Source: a virus. From it: DNA of 64,000 bases. This document shows positions 9,397 through 18,899 of the stretch, in pieces (the stretch's first letter is position 1; the number at the start of each line of letters is the position of its first letter). The position numbers and the translations under genes are program-made. The notes beneath the pieces were generated by a model. The model was given only the letters and a program-made list of their open reading frames with translations, had not been told where the DNA came from and ran no database searches. Location: IMG/VR virus record IMGVR_UViG_3300021087_000857, positions 46,271-110,270 of that record. One strand, given 5' to 3'.

Positions 9397-10087
9397 CATA
9401 TGGTTTTGTGGAATACCAGGAAGTAGGTGGAGCGGTATCGATATACAGATGCGTTCCATTTTACCCTGTGATCGCACAGACGAAACTCCAGAAAGAACAC
9501 AATATCACAGAGCGTTTGATCCAAACGATGCTAATAATGGTCATCGTGGTAGCTATTGGGGTCCTGGCATGGGATGTGGTAAAGACTGGGTAGACTTTAA
9601 TTTTTTAACAAAAAACAAATTGCAAGATGATATTAATAATGTATTCTCTGGTACAGGATATAGAATAATTAAGAGTCATTTTTTTGCAAGAAAATTTAAC
9701 TTAGACTTTATATGGAATAACTTTCCAGGTGATCGTATAGTGCTAATATATAGAGAGCCTCAAAAAAGTTTTGCGTGGTGGAGTGAAGTAATGGATATGG
9801 CACCAGAACATTATCCAGACTATAGACCAGGATATACTGACTATAACACCATGCGTGAATTACTATGGAAAGAGTCTGCAATTATAACAGACTTTGCCAT
9901 ACGTAAAGGATTAACATTCAAACCTTACAGTACACATGAATTTTCCTCTTGGAAAGGTTTTGACCATGCTAGTGCATTTCAAATAGACTTTGAAAAGATA
10001 AATAATACTAAGCACAAAGATGTTTTTATAACATCGTGTCAAATACCAAATCAAAGGAATAATGTTCATGACTTTCCAAAATCTTAA
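9383..10087 (+). CDS. sulfotransferase/P-loop-like protein
   Basis: N-terminal FCGIPGSRWS loop, IIKSH, IVLIYR; TTG start. Confidence 0.5.
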   Translation: MTTSNIWFCGIPGSRWSGIDIQMRSILPCDRTDETPERTQYHRAFDPNDANNGHRGSYWGPGMGCGKDWVDFNFLTKNKLQDDINNVFSGTGYRIIKSHFFARKFNLDFIWNNFPGDRIVLIYREPQKSFAWWSEVMDMAPEHYPDYRPGYTDYNTMRELLWKESAIITDFAIRKGLTFKPYSTHEFSSWKGFDHASAFQIDFEKINNTKHKDVFITSCQIPNQRNNVHDFPKS

Positions 10088-10162
10088 GAACATACAGTAT
10101 ATTGATAAAATTAATACTGAACGTTATCTTGCGATTGGACAAAATAAAATATAGAGAATAAT

Positions 10163-11590
10163 ATGTCAGATAGTAAATTACCAAGCGATACTTTTTGTAT
10201 ACTTCCGTGGATACATTTAAGTACTAGACCAGATGGAAGTATGAGAGTATGTTGTACTGCTAACGCATCAAGTGTAGGAGCAACAAATGATAAAGCACAC
10301 GGTGGAAGAGTAGGTATTGTTAAAACAGAAGATGGCAAGCCTGCTAACCTAAACAACAGTGATCTTAACAGTAGTTGGAATAACAGCTATATGCGAAGTG
10401 TTAGACAAATGATGCTTAAAGGCGATAAGCCAGCAAGTTGTTTAAAATGCTACAAAGAAGAAGATGCAGGACACAGATCAAAGCGTCAATGGGAAACAGA
10501 CTATTGGATGCGTGATGGTATTGATGTTGACGAACTAGTAGCTCAAACATACGAAGATGGATCAACAGATAGTAAACTACGTTATATTGATATTCGTATG
10601 GGAACTAAATGTCAATTAGGTTGTGTTATGTGTAGCCCACATGATAGTTCAGGTTGGGTGAAAGACTGGAACAAGTTATATCCAAATATTACAAATGAAT
10701 CTCTAAAAGAAACTATGAATTGGGATTCTAAAGGTAAAACGTTTGGTGCTAGTTATAATTGGCACAAAGACAATCCAGTATTTTGGGATCAGTTTTATGC
10801 ACAAATTCCATACATTAGACAGTTATACTTTGCAGGCGGCGAAAGTACAGTTATTGAAGAACATTATAGTATTTTATCTAAAGTTATTGAAATGGGGTAT
10901 GCACATCAAATTGAAGTACGTTATAATTCAAACGGAATTGAACTACCAGATAGACTATTAGAACTATGGACACATTTCCAAAAAGTACGTTTCCATTATA
11001 GTATTGACAGTATTGGTGTAATGAATGATTATATTCGTTACCCAAGTGAATGGGACCATCAACTTAAAATGTTTGAACGTTTAGATAAAGAAACATCTAA
11101 CAATGTAGAAGTTACAATTGCATGTGCCGTTAACGCTCTTAACATTCATTATATTCCAGACTTCCTTAAATGGAAACTTCAGGATAGCGGACTAAAGAAA
11201 ACAAATATGTGGCCATTTGGTGCAGGCGGTATTAACTATCACTTTGTATACTGGCCAGGACATTTGAATGTTAAAGTACTACCAGATGAATTCTTAGATA
11301 AGACTGAAGCTAAGTATGAAGAATTTATTGAATGGTGGAAAGAAAATTGGGAACTAGGTGTTCCAAGTTGGCATAAAGGTAAAGTAACCAAAGAACAATG
11401 GCTAGATGCGAGTTATGGAATTAAACGTTTACGTGGTATGATTAGTTTTGCTCGCAGTGAAGATTGGAGTAGACGCTTACCAGAATTTAGAGAATATATT
11501 AATAAACTAGATGAGTTACGTGGAACTGATTTCCGCAATACATTTCCAGAAATGGCATACTTACTAGATGAACCGGAGAATGATAAATGA
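10163..11590 (+). CDS. radical SAM protein with N-terminal twitch/SPASM-like domain (#1)
   Basis: CILPW...VCC...CLKC, then CQLGCVMC and FAGGE. Confidence 0.9.
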   Translation: MSDSKLPSDTFCILPWIHLSTRPDGSMRVCCTANASSVGATNDKAHGGRVGIVKTEDGKPANLNNSDLNSSWNNSYMRSVRQMMLKGDKPASCLKCYKEEDAGHRSKRQWETDYWMRDGIDVDELVAQTYEDGSTDSKLRYIDIRMGTKCQLGCVMCSPHDSSGWVKDWNKLYPNITNESLKETMNWDSKGKTFGASYNWHKDNPVFWDQFYAQIPYIRQLYFAGGESTVIEEHYSILSKVIEMGYAHQIEVRYNSNGIELPDRLLELWTHFQKVRFHYSIDSIGVMNDYIRYPSEWDHQLKMFERLDKETSNNVEVTIACAVNALNIHYIPDFLKWKLQDSGLKKTNMWPFGAGGINYHFVYWPGHLNVKVLPDEFLDKTEAKYEEFIEWWKENWELGVPSWHKGKVTKEQWLDASYGIKRLRGMISFARSEDWSRRLPEFREYINKLDELRGTDFRNTFPEMAYLLDEPENDK

Positions 11591-12162
11591 AATATTTATT
11601 AGTCGCACTTGAAAATGAAGTGCCAAATATCGATTTACCCGATGATTATACACTAATGATTACAGGTGTAGGTAAAGTAAATGCTACTGTAATGGCTACT
11701 ATTGCCGCTAGACAACCAGACTGTGAATGTATTATTAACTACGGAACAGCAGGAACTTTTAATCCTAAACTAGTTGGTAAACTACACAGAATTGGAATAG
11801 TAAAACAACGCGATATGGATGCAAGACCACAAGCACCATTAGGAACTACTCCATACGAAGATACAAAATTCAGCAGTGATTTGCAACTTTATAAAGGAAG
11901 TAAATTTACATTAAGCACAGGCGATAACTTTGTAAAAGCCAACCCCGAAATGCAAAGTGACTTTGTAGACATGGAAGGGTATGCTATTGCAAAAGTGGCA
12001 GGTATGTTTAATAAGCCATGTATGATGTTAAAATATGCAAGCGACTTAGCTGACGATAAAGCACCAGAAGAATGGGAAAAGAATCAAGCCAAAGGCAAAG
12101 ATATGTTCCTAAAATGGCTAGATGATTTAGAAAAGAATATCCAAGAAATAAACGATGAGTAA
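11587..12162 (+). CDS. MTA/SAH (5'-deoxyadenosine) nucleosidase-like protein, PNP_UDP_1 family
   Basis: TGVGKVNA, INYGTAG, STGDNFV, VDMEG, SDLAD. Confidence 0.85.
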   Translation: MKYLLVALENEVPNIDLPDDYTLMITGVGKVNATVMATIAARQPDCECIINYGTAGTFNPKLVGKLHRIGIVKQRDMDARPQAPLGTTPYEDTKFSSDLQLYKGSKFTLSTGDNFVKANPEMQSDFVDMEGYAIAKVAGMFNKPCMMLKYASDLADDKAPEEWEKNQAKGKDMFLKWLDDLEKNIQEINDE

Positions 12163-13414
12163 TTCGGGCTTTTGTGCATTACCATTTGTTCAATATAGTA
12201 CTTACAACGGAGGACGTTTTAGACTTTGTTGTATGGCTAAAGAACCTAAAGAACTAGTCAATCAAGAAGAACTAGGAATTGATGGCACTTGGAATCACAA
12301 TTATATAAAAGACGTAAGACGCAGAATGACTGCTGGTGAGAAATTATCAGAGTGTATTGAATGTCATCATTTAGAACGTAACGGAATAATGAGCTCACGC
12401 CAATGGGAAAATAAAGTGTGGGCAGACGTAATAGATGATGTAGTAGCAGACGCATCAGCTAATGATTGGGAGATTGACCAGCCTCTACAATTTGATTTTA
12501 GACTTGGTAACTTATGTAATTTGCAGTGTCAAATGTGCAACAAAGAAGCATCTCACTTAGTGAGTGTGGAAAGAGCCACAATGGTACAAAGCGGACTCGG
12601 AGCGAACCATCCTGATTGGGACGGCAATATTGCAAACAAAAAACAAGCATTACTTCAACCTGGAATAGAGTGGGAGAGCTTTGAAAGAATGTTACCATAT
12701 GCTCGCAAAATAAAACTAATAGGTGGCGAGCCTACAGTTGCTCAAGACATGTTTAAATTGTTAGACATTGCAACTGCAAGTGGTCATGCAGAACATATAG
12801 AATTAAGTTTTTATACAAACATCACTAACATGCAAGATAAATGGTTAGACCAACTATCTAAGTTTGAGAAAGTGATTGTTAACTGTTCATTGGAAGGAAT
12901 GGAAGATATGAATGATTATCTTAGGCCTCCAAGTAAGTGGGCAAGTGTATGGAAGAACTTTGATAAGTTAGTTAAGTTCTCAGATACAAAAGAAGGTAAA
13001 CGTATAAAGGTACGAGTTACTACAGTAAACCAAATAACCAATGCATTGCATACTGCTACATTTTGGAAGTTTATGCATGATTATCAGATGACTAGTAATA
13101 GAGGCATTGGTATGAGTACTAACCAATTAGTAGAGCCAGCATACTATAGTATGGCACATGCTCCTGAATGGTTGAAAGAAGAACAACGTGAACAGATTTT
13201 GGAATTTCTCAAAAGCATTGGCAACAGTCCACATTTTGAGCAATACGAAGAACCTCTTATGGAACTTGTTAATTTTAGTTTGGATCCTGAGCATAAGTAT
13301 GATGCTGACATCATGCGCCAGTATGTCAAGATCACCGAAAACTACGACAGATTCAGAGGACACGACATTATTCAAGTGTCGCCCGAATTTAGAAGAATTA
13401 AAAGAGACCTCTGA
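12155..13414 (+). CDS. radical SAM protein, N-terminal twitch (#2)
   Basis: CALPF...LCC...CIEC; CNLQCQMC; IGGEP. Confidence 0.9.
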   Translation: MSNSGFCALPFVQYSTYNGGRFRLCCMAKEPKELVNQEELGIDGTWNHNYIKDVRRRMTAGEKLSECIECHHLERNGIMSSRQWENKVWADVIDDVVADASANDWEIDQPLQFDFRLGNLCNLQCQMCNKEASHLVSVERATMVQSGLGANHPDWDGNIANKKQALLQPGIEWESFERMLPYARKIKLIGGEPTVAQDMFKLLDIATASGHAEHIELSFYTNITNMQDKWLDQLSKFEKVIVNCSLEGMEDMNDYLRPPSKWASVWKNFDKLVKFSDTKEGKRIKVRVTTVNQITNALHTATFWKFMHDYQMTSNRGIGMSTNQLVEPAYYSMAHAPEWLKEEQREQILEFLKSIGNSPHFEQYEEPLMELVNFSLDPEHKYDADIMRQYVKITENYDRFRGHDIIQVSPEFRRIKRDL

Positions 13415-13472
13415 TTTAACTAAAGCAGAAACCTATCATCGATGGGATTGTAAAGTAACTGTAGACTTTTAA
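13236..13472 (+). CDS. putative lipoprotein overprinted on the 3' end of radical SAM #2
   Basis: +1-frame ORF (TTG 13236 or GTG 13188) with an h-region and lipobox LTSC. It fills the gap to the convergent gene and shares TTAA with it. Confidence 0.55.
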   Translation: MSNTKNLLWNLLILVWILSISMMLTSCASMSRSPKTTTDSEDTTLFKCRPNLEELKETSDLTKAETYHRWDCKVTVDF

Positions 13473-14299
13473 AACTTTTTAATACGTTCTGCCATACATA
13501 GCTCAGGCTTGAGCAAACTTTCATTTAATATATCAGCTTCAAAGCATTGTAACTTTGTGCCAAATACAATTTGGTGAGTAATCCATTGTGCATTAAAGAA
13601 CCAAATATCACCTGGATCAAAAGTAATATAATGTAATGGGTGGTGAAACTGATCCCATTTTTCTTCATTCCATACACATCTATCACGCATTCCAGTAATA
13701 AATGTATGTATGTTGTTTTTATCTAGTTCACCTAAGTTAAACTTATCTTTGTACATGTTATACATTTGTTGTAAGTCTGGACCACACGATAATACTCTAG
13801 GACGCTTTTTATCTAATTGAACAAACATACGTATCTGTTGTTCTAGTCCAGTGTGTTGTTCATCTAGTTCGTCCAAGTGTAGTTTATTTTCTACTAGTGT
13901 ATTATATCTATGACTAAGCATACGTTCACTTGTTTTGTAATGTGGGAATAACATATCAAATACTTCGTTCCATCCATTGTTAGCTTGTTTGTGTTTTTGA
14001 TGAAATACATTAATTTGCTCGTCATTCCAACCACGTTCTATATGCATACGTGATCTATTTTTAATATGACTGTTATACCAAGGCATAATCCATTTGTTAT
14101 CTTTAATAGTCCAGTCTGGTAAGTCGTCATAGTAATCATAATCTAATTGTGGTATAGTTAGATTTTTAATAACCACCGGCCAGCCACTTTCAAATGCTTC
14201 GTATAGTTTAAAATTGTCTTTTAGGTCGTGTTTATTAGCGTCGAAAACATTGACAATGAAGTCGTTTCCTGCTATAATATCTTTAGCGATACGGGTCAT
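13469..14299 (-). CDS. Kdo-hydroxylase (KdoO)-like Fe(II) dioxygenase
   Basis: LHLD, IRMFVQLD..RPRV, FDPGDIWFF...ITHQIVFG. Start ATG 14299 after GGAG. Confidence 0.6.
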   Translation of the reverse strand: MTRIAKDIIAGNDFIVNVFDANKHDLKDNFKLYEAFESGWPVVIKNLTIPQLDYDYYDDLPDWTIKDNKWIMPWYNSHIKNRSRMHIERGWNDEQINVFHQKHKQANNGWNEVFDMLFPHYKTSERMLSHRYNTLVENKLHLDELDEQHTGLEQQIRMFVQLDKKRPRVLSCGPDLQQMYNMYKDKFNLGELDKNNIHTFITGMRDRCVWNEEKWDQFHHPLHYITFDPGDIWFFNAQWITHQIVFGTKLQCFEADILNESLLKPELCMAERIKKF

Positions 14300-14328
14300 G
14301 TTGTATAAAACTCCATTTGTGTGTATAG

Positions 14329-14348
14329 ATAAATACATATATATTTAT
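14329..14348. promoter_or_regulatory. overlapping bidirectional late-type promoters
   Basis: ATAAATA-CATATA-TATTTAT lies between two divergent genes. Confidence 0.55.
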
Positions 14349-14404
14349 GCAAGTAAAAATCCAAGTTCAACGCATATTGAACAAACATCATATGAGAATA
14401 AAAA

Positions 14405-15490
14405 ATGACAAAATCAGTTAATGTATGGAGCGAATTTCAGCCCCTAAAAAGAGTAGTGCTAGGAGCACCGTTTCCACCTGAAACATTTGATTGGCACGAG
14501 GACGAAGAAACACGCAATGTAATGCGTCAAATCTTTAAAGAAACAGCCGAGGACATAGCAGTGCTGGAGGGAATATTAAAGGACAGAGGTATTGAAGTAG
14601 TACGTCCTAAAAATATATTTACAATCACAGGTGAAGAACAAATTAAATTACCATGGATGCATTGTGGGTTTCCTAACCACCCATTAATGCCACGTGATAC
14701 ACTTATGCCGTATGGCAATAGTATATTTGAATGTTTTACAGGTAGCGATAATCGTTACTTTGAGAATCTCGCATATTACGATCATTGTAGTAAATGGTTT
14801 AGTGAAGGTGCAGATTGGGTTAGTATGCCAGGAGTATTAGTAGAAAGTGGTAAAAAATATGACCACTTTGTAGATAATCATCGACTGCTTTATCATGCGG
14901 CTAACATGATAAAGTGTGGACGCCACGTTTTGTTTAGCCAACCCTATGAGGGAGACAATAAACGAGGCAGAGGTACGGAGCTGGGCCGTGAATGGATTCG
15001 TAGAGAAATAAAACTACGTTATCCAGATACAAAGTTTTTGGACATTCCAGTAGGAGGACATATCGATGGTAAAATAGCATTGCTAAAACCTGGTGTGCTA
15101 ATGACCTGGAATGCAAATTGGGTTCCTAAAGAAATGGAAGGTTGGCACATTATTGAAGTAGATGATGATTTTGACATGCCAGAAGATTTCCAACAAACTC
15201 GTAAGAAAAGATTCCACAAAGAATATGTAAGCAAGTGGTTAGAGCATTGGGTAGGTTGTCCAGACGAAAGTGTGTTTGATGTTAACGTACTATCACTAGA
15301 TGAAAAGACGGTAATTTGTACAGGTAAAAATGAACAAGCATTTGCTGAAATGGAAGCACATGGCATTGAACCAATATACTGGAACTTTAGACATCAGTAT
15401 TTTTGGGATGGTGGCATACATTGTTTAACAAGTGATATTGTTAGAGAAGGTGGGCAGGAAGATTATATAACTAACAAAAGGTACTATTAA
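14405..15490 (+). CDS. amidinotransferase (glycine/inosamine-phosphate amidinotransferase family)
   Basis: WSEFQPLKRVVLG, PRD, GHIDG, GGIHC (Asp-His-Cys catalytic set). Confidence 0.85.
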   Translation: MTKSVNVWSEFQPLKRVVLGAPFPPETFDWHEDEETRNVMRQIFKETAEDIAVLEGILKDRGIEVVRPKNIFTITGEEQIKLPWMHCGFPNHPLMPRDTLMPYGNSIFECFTGSDNRYFENLAYYDHCSKWFSEGADWVSMPGVLVESGKKYDHFVDNHRLLYHAANMIKCGRHVLFSQPYEGDNKRGRGTELGREWIRREIKLRYPDTKFLDIPVGGHIDGKIALLKPGVLMTWNANWVPKEMEGWHIIEVDDDFDMPEDFQQTRKKRFHKEYVSKWLEHWVGCPDESVFDVNVLSLDEKTVICTGKNEQAFAEMEAHGIEPIYWNFRHQYFWDGGIHCLTSDIVREGGQEDYITNKRYY

Positions 15491-16539
15491 TGAGTTGGTA
15501 CAAGAACCTACATAAATTACAACTTGACCCAACAAGTCATTGTAATGCAAGATGCGGTGCTTGTGCTAGAAATATATACGGTGGTGAAACTAGACACGAC
15601 TTGGAATTAAAACATTTTGACTTAGAGTTATGGAAAAGAATAGCAATCGAAGACACTAAAGAGTGCTACATAAATCATTTAAGTCTAAATGGAAATTGGG
15701 GCGATGCTTTAATGCACCCAGATATAATAGAAATAATTGAAATTTGGAATACATATCATCCAGAAAGTGAAATGGCAATAGCAACAAATGGAAGCCTACG
15801 TAGTACAGAGTTTTGGAAAAAGTTAGCCAACGTACTAAGAAACACTCCTCGACATAGTCTTGAATTTTCAATGGATGGAATGGAAGATACACATCACATT
15901 TATAGAAGAAAAACATCACATTCAAAGTTAGTAGATAATATTAAAACTTTTGTAGATGCAGGTGGAACTGCAAACATATATATGACTTTATTCGAACACA
16001 ACAAACACCAAATTAAAGAAGTAGCAAACTTATCTAAAGAATTAGGTGCTGATGGATTTTATATAAGGCATAGTCATCGTAGTAAGATGAAAATTATAGA
16101 CGGTGAAGAACGATACGATATAGAAGGTTATTTTCCAAAAATAATAAAAGGCTCTTTTACTTTTCCAAAAAATAAAAAAATAAATAGTGATGCAAGAGAT
16201 AGTAAAATACACATACAAAATAATGAAAAAATTAAACCAAATACAACAAGTAAATGTCCTTGGAAACAACAACACAAAGTACAAATTGATCCATGGGGAA
16301 TAATATGGCCTTGTTGTTATGTAAGTAAGTATGGTGGTGGTGGGTCAATGACAGGTTTTAATATGGACGAAATTTTTTCACCAGGCAATGATAATATTAT
16401 TAATAATGTATTTGAACAAAATGATGTAAACAAGTATACCTTAAAAGAAATATTAGAAAATAAATGGTTTAATACAACAGTAGATAATGCAATAGCAAAG
16501 TCTGAATGGAATATTTGCAATGAAACTTGCGGAATATAA
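15490..16539 (+). CDS. radical SAM protein with C-terminal SPASM/twitch (#3)
   Basis: CNARCGAC; NGNWGD; CPW...WPCC...CNETC. Confidence 0.9.
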   Translation: MSWYKNLHKLQLDPTSHCNARCGACARNIYGGETRHDLELKHFDLELWKRIAIEDTKECYINHLSLNGNWGDALMHPDIIEIIEIWNTYHPESEMAIATNGSLRSTEFWKKLANVLRNTPRHSLEFSMDGMEDTHHIYRRKTSHSKLVDNIKTFVDAGGTANIYMTLFEHNKHQIKEVANLSKELGADGFYIRHSHRSKMKIIDGEERYDIEGYFPKIIKGSFTFPKNKKINSDARDSKIHIQNNEKIKPNTTSKCPWKQQHKVQIDPWGIIWPCCYVSKYGGGGSMTGFNMDEIFSPGNDNIINNVFEQNDVNKYTLKEILENKWFNTTVDNAIAKSEWNICNETCGI

Positions 16540-16548
16540 GGAATAACA

Positions 16549-17649
16549 ATGAATTGGTATAGACAGATACATAAATTACAAATAGATATAACAAGTCATT
16601 GTAATGCTAGATGTGGTGCTTGTATAAGAAATATAAATGGAGGTGCAACTCATCCAGGTTTAAAACTAACCCATTTTGATGTAGATGTTTGGAAACGTAT
16701 GGCTACCGAAGACACTAGAGGTTGGTGGGTTAGGCAGCTAACACTAAATGGAAATTGGGGCGATCCAATGATGCATCCTCATTTAGTAGAAATGTTAGAA
16801 ATATGGATTACTGCTCACCCGGAAACTTTTATATCTATTGCAACAAATGGAAGTATGCGTAGCACTAAGTTTTGGTCAGACCTTGCTACAATATTACGTA
16901 AAGGATCTCATCACAAAGTTGATTTTGCAGTAGATGGAATGGAAGACACGCATCATATATACAGACGAAAAACTGTGTTTTCTAAACTAAAAGAAAACAT
17001 AAAAGCATTTACAGATGCAAAAGGACAAGCAATTGCAGTAATGACAATGTTTGAACATAACAAACATCAAATAGAAGAAGTAAAAGAATTGGCAAGAGAA
17101 GTAGGTTGCAAACACTTTATTGCAAGAAGAAGTCATAGTGATCATATGCTTATCGAAGACGGTGACGAACAATACGAAATAAAAGGTTGGTATCCAACTG
17201 GAAATGGCGAGCATGTAATTGATAACGATACTCCGGAACTTGAACAAGACTTTCCCGAAAACGAACATCCACTAAGTGTAAATAGAGACAGAATATGGAT
17301 GAGAGCTAATGAACGTTTTGAAGAATTAAATGATAATCATATACCAAGTAAATGTCCTTGGAAAGATGAAGGGGAAGTACAAATAGACCCATGGGGTGTT
17401 GTATGGCCTTGTTGTCATGTAAGTTTATATGGCGGTGCTGGAGCATCAGAAAATATGTCTATAAAATTAAACTTTAATGAAGAAGCTGAACAAACTAATT
17501 TTATCGAAGAAGGAAAAGAATCAAACAGTTTGCATAATAGATCGTTAAAAGATATATTAAATAATCAATGGTATAATGATACACTTAATCATGCTATAAA
17601 AAATGCAGATTATGATGTGTGCAGACGTAGTTGTGGGATATGTAAATAA
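16549..17649 (+). CDS. radical SAM protein with C-terminal SPASM/twitch (#4), tandem paralog of #3
   Basis: CNARCGAC; NGNWGDP; DGMEDTHHIYRRKT shared with #3. Confidence 0.9.
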   Translation: MNWYRQIHKLQIDITSHCNARCGACIRNINGGATHPGLKLTHFDVDVWKRMATEDTRGWWVRQLTLNGNWGDPMMHPHLVEMLEIWITAHPETFISIATNGSMRSTKFWSDLATILRKGSHHKVDFAVDGMEDTHHIYRRKTVFSKLKENIKAFTDAKGQAIAVMTMFEHNKHQIEEVKELAREVGCKHFIARRSHSDHMLIEDGDEQYEIKGWYPTGNGEHVIDNDTPELEQDFPENEHPLSVNRDRIWMRANERFEELNDNHIPSKCPWKDEGEVQIDPWGVVWPCCHVSLYGGAGASENMSIKLNFNEEAEQTNFIEEGKESNSLHNRSLKDILNNQWYNDTLNHAIKNADYDVCRRSCGICK

Positions 17650-18899
17650 TGTACGTTAATCCAATGTTAAATGATACACGCTATCCAACGTGCTTGGCAC
17701 CTTGGAATGCACTCACTATTAAATGGGGCGGTAATGTATTGCCTGACATTATATATAATGGCAAGTTTGGTAATATTACTAAACAAACATTACCAGAGTT
17801 ATTGAACAGTGAAGAAGCAATAGCATTAAGAAAATCACATGCAAGTAGAATAGTACCAGAGGCTTGTTTGGCTTGTACTAAAAAAGAGCAAAGTGGTAAA
17901 AGTCGTAGAATGTATTTTTGGGATAAACTAGACGAAGATGTAAAGCGTGGTAGTATTAAAAACAGTGTAGACAGTAAACCTGATATACGCTACTTAGACT
18001 TTACTATCAGTAACAAATGTAACCTAGCGTGTATACATTGTAATCCATTTGTTAGCACAGGTTGGACTAAAGATGGAAAGAAACTAAACAAAGAGAAGCC
18101 TGATTACTGGAAGCAAGCACAAATCGGCTATCATGGAGTTGAAGACATGTCATTCCTTGATAACTTGTTTGCTGATCCAGAATACTTTCGTAATTTACAA
18201 TGGGTAGCATTAAGAGGTGGAGAACCTTTATATGATGAAAGTTGTAAAGCAATATTACAATGGTTTATTGATCAAGGATTAGCAAAAAACATTATGCTAG
18301 ATATTAGTACAAATGCAACTGTATTTGATAACGACTTCCAAGAAATATTTAAACATTTTAAACATATTGAATTGCTTATTAGTATTGAAGCAGTAGATGA
18401 ATTATACAGTGTAGTACGTGGCGGATCGTATACATTTGAACAGTTAGAAGAAAACATAGAAAAGTTTTACACATACAATAATATTGAAGTTGTGTTTGCA
18501 GTAACAGTTATGCTAACAAATGTATTTGGATTAGATAAAGTATGGAACTGGTTTAAAGAAAAACACATGCATAGAGCAAGTATAAGCATGAGCAACGTAG
18601 TAGTAAATCCTACATACCTCAATATTGCATACATGCCGGAGGTGTTAAAGTATATTATGTATGATAAATTACTACAGATACCAGATCAAAGCATTTGGCC
18701 TAAAGGAAGTTATCATGCAGATGAGATACATTATCAAACAGGTATCCATGCTATTAGAGATGGATTACAAGTCGAAGTAGATGAAGTAGAACAAGAAAAG
18801 CAATGGAAGTGGTTTGTTAAGTATACGAAAGACTTAGACAGATTACGTGGCACAGATACATTTGCACTAATAAAGGAATTAAAATTATACAATGAGTAA
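17649..18899 (+). CDS. radical SAM protein, degenerate N-terminal twitch (#5)
   Basis: CLAPW...LPDII (no CC)...CLAC; CNLACIHC; RGGEP. Confidence 0.88.
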   Translation: MYVNPMLNDTRYPTCLAPWNALTIKWGGNVLPDIIYNGKFGNITKQTLPELLNSEEAIALRKSHASRIVPEACLACTKKEQSGKSRRMYFWDKLDEDVKRGSIKNSVDSKPDIRYLDFTISNKCNLACIHCNPFVSTGWTKDGKKLNKEKPDYWKQAQIGYHGVEDMSFLDNLFADPEYFRNLQWVALRGGEPLYDESCKAILQWFIDQGLAKNIMLDISTNATVFDNDFQEIFKHFKHIELLISIEAVDELYSVVRGGSYTFEQLEENIEKFYTYNNIEVVFAVTVMLTNVFGLDKVWNWFKEKHMHRASISMSNVVVNPTYLNIAYMPEVLKYIMYDKLLQIPDQSIWPKGSYHADEIHYQTGIHAIRDGLQVEVDEVEQEKQWKWFVKYTKDLDRLRGTDTFALIKELKLYNE

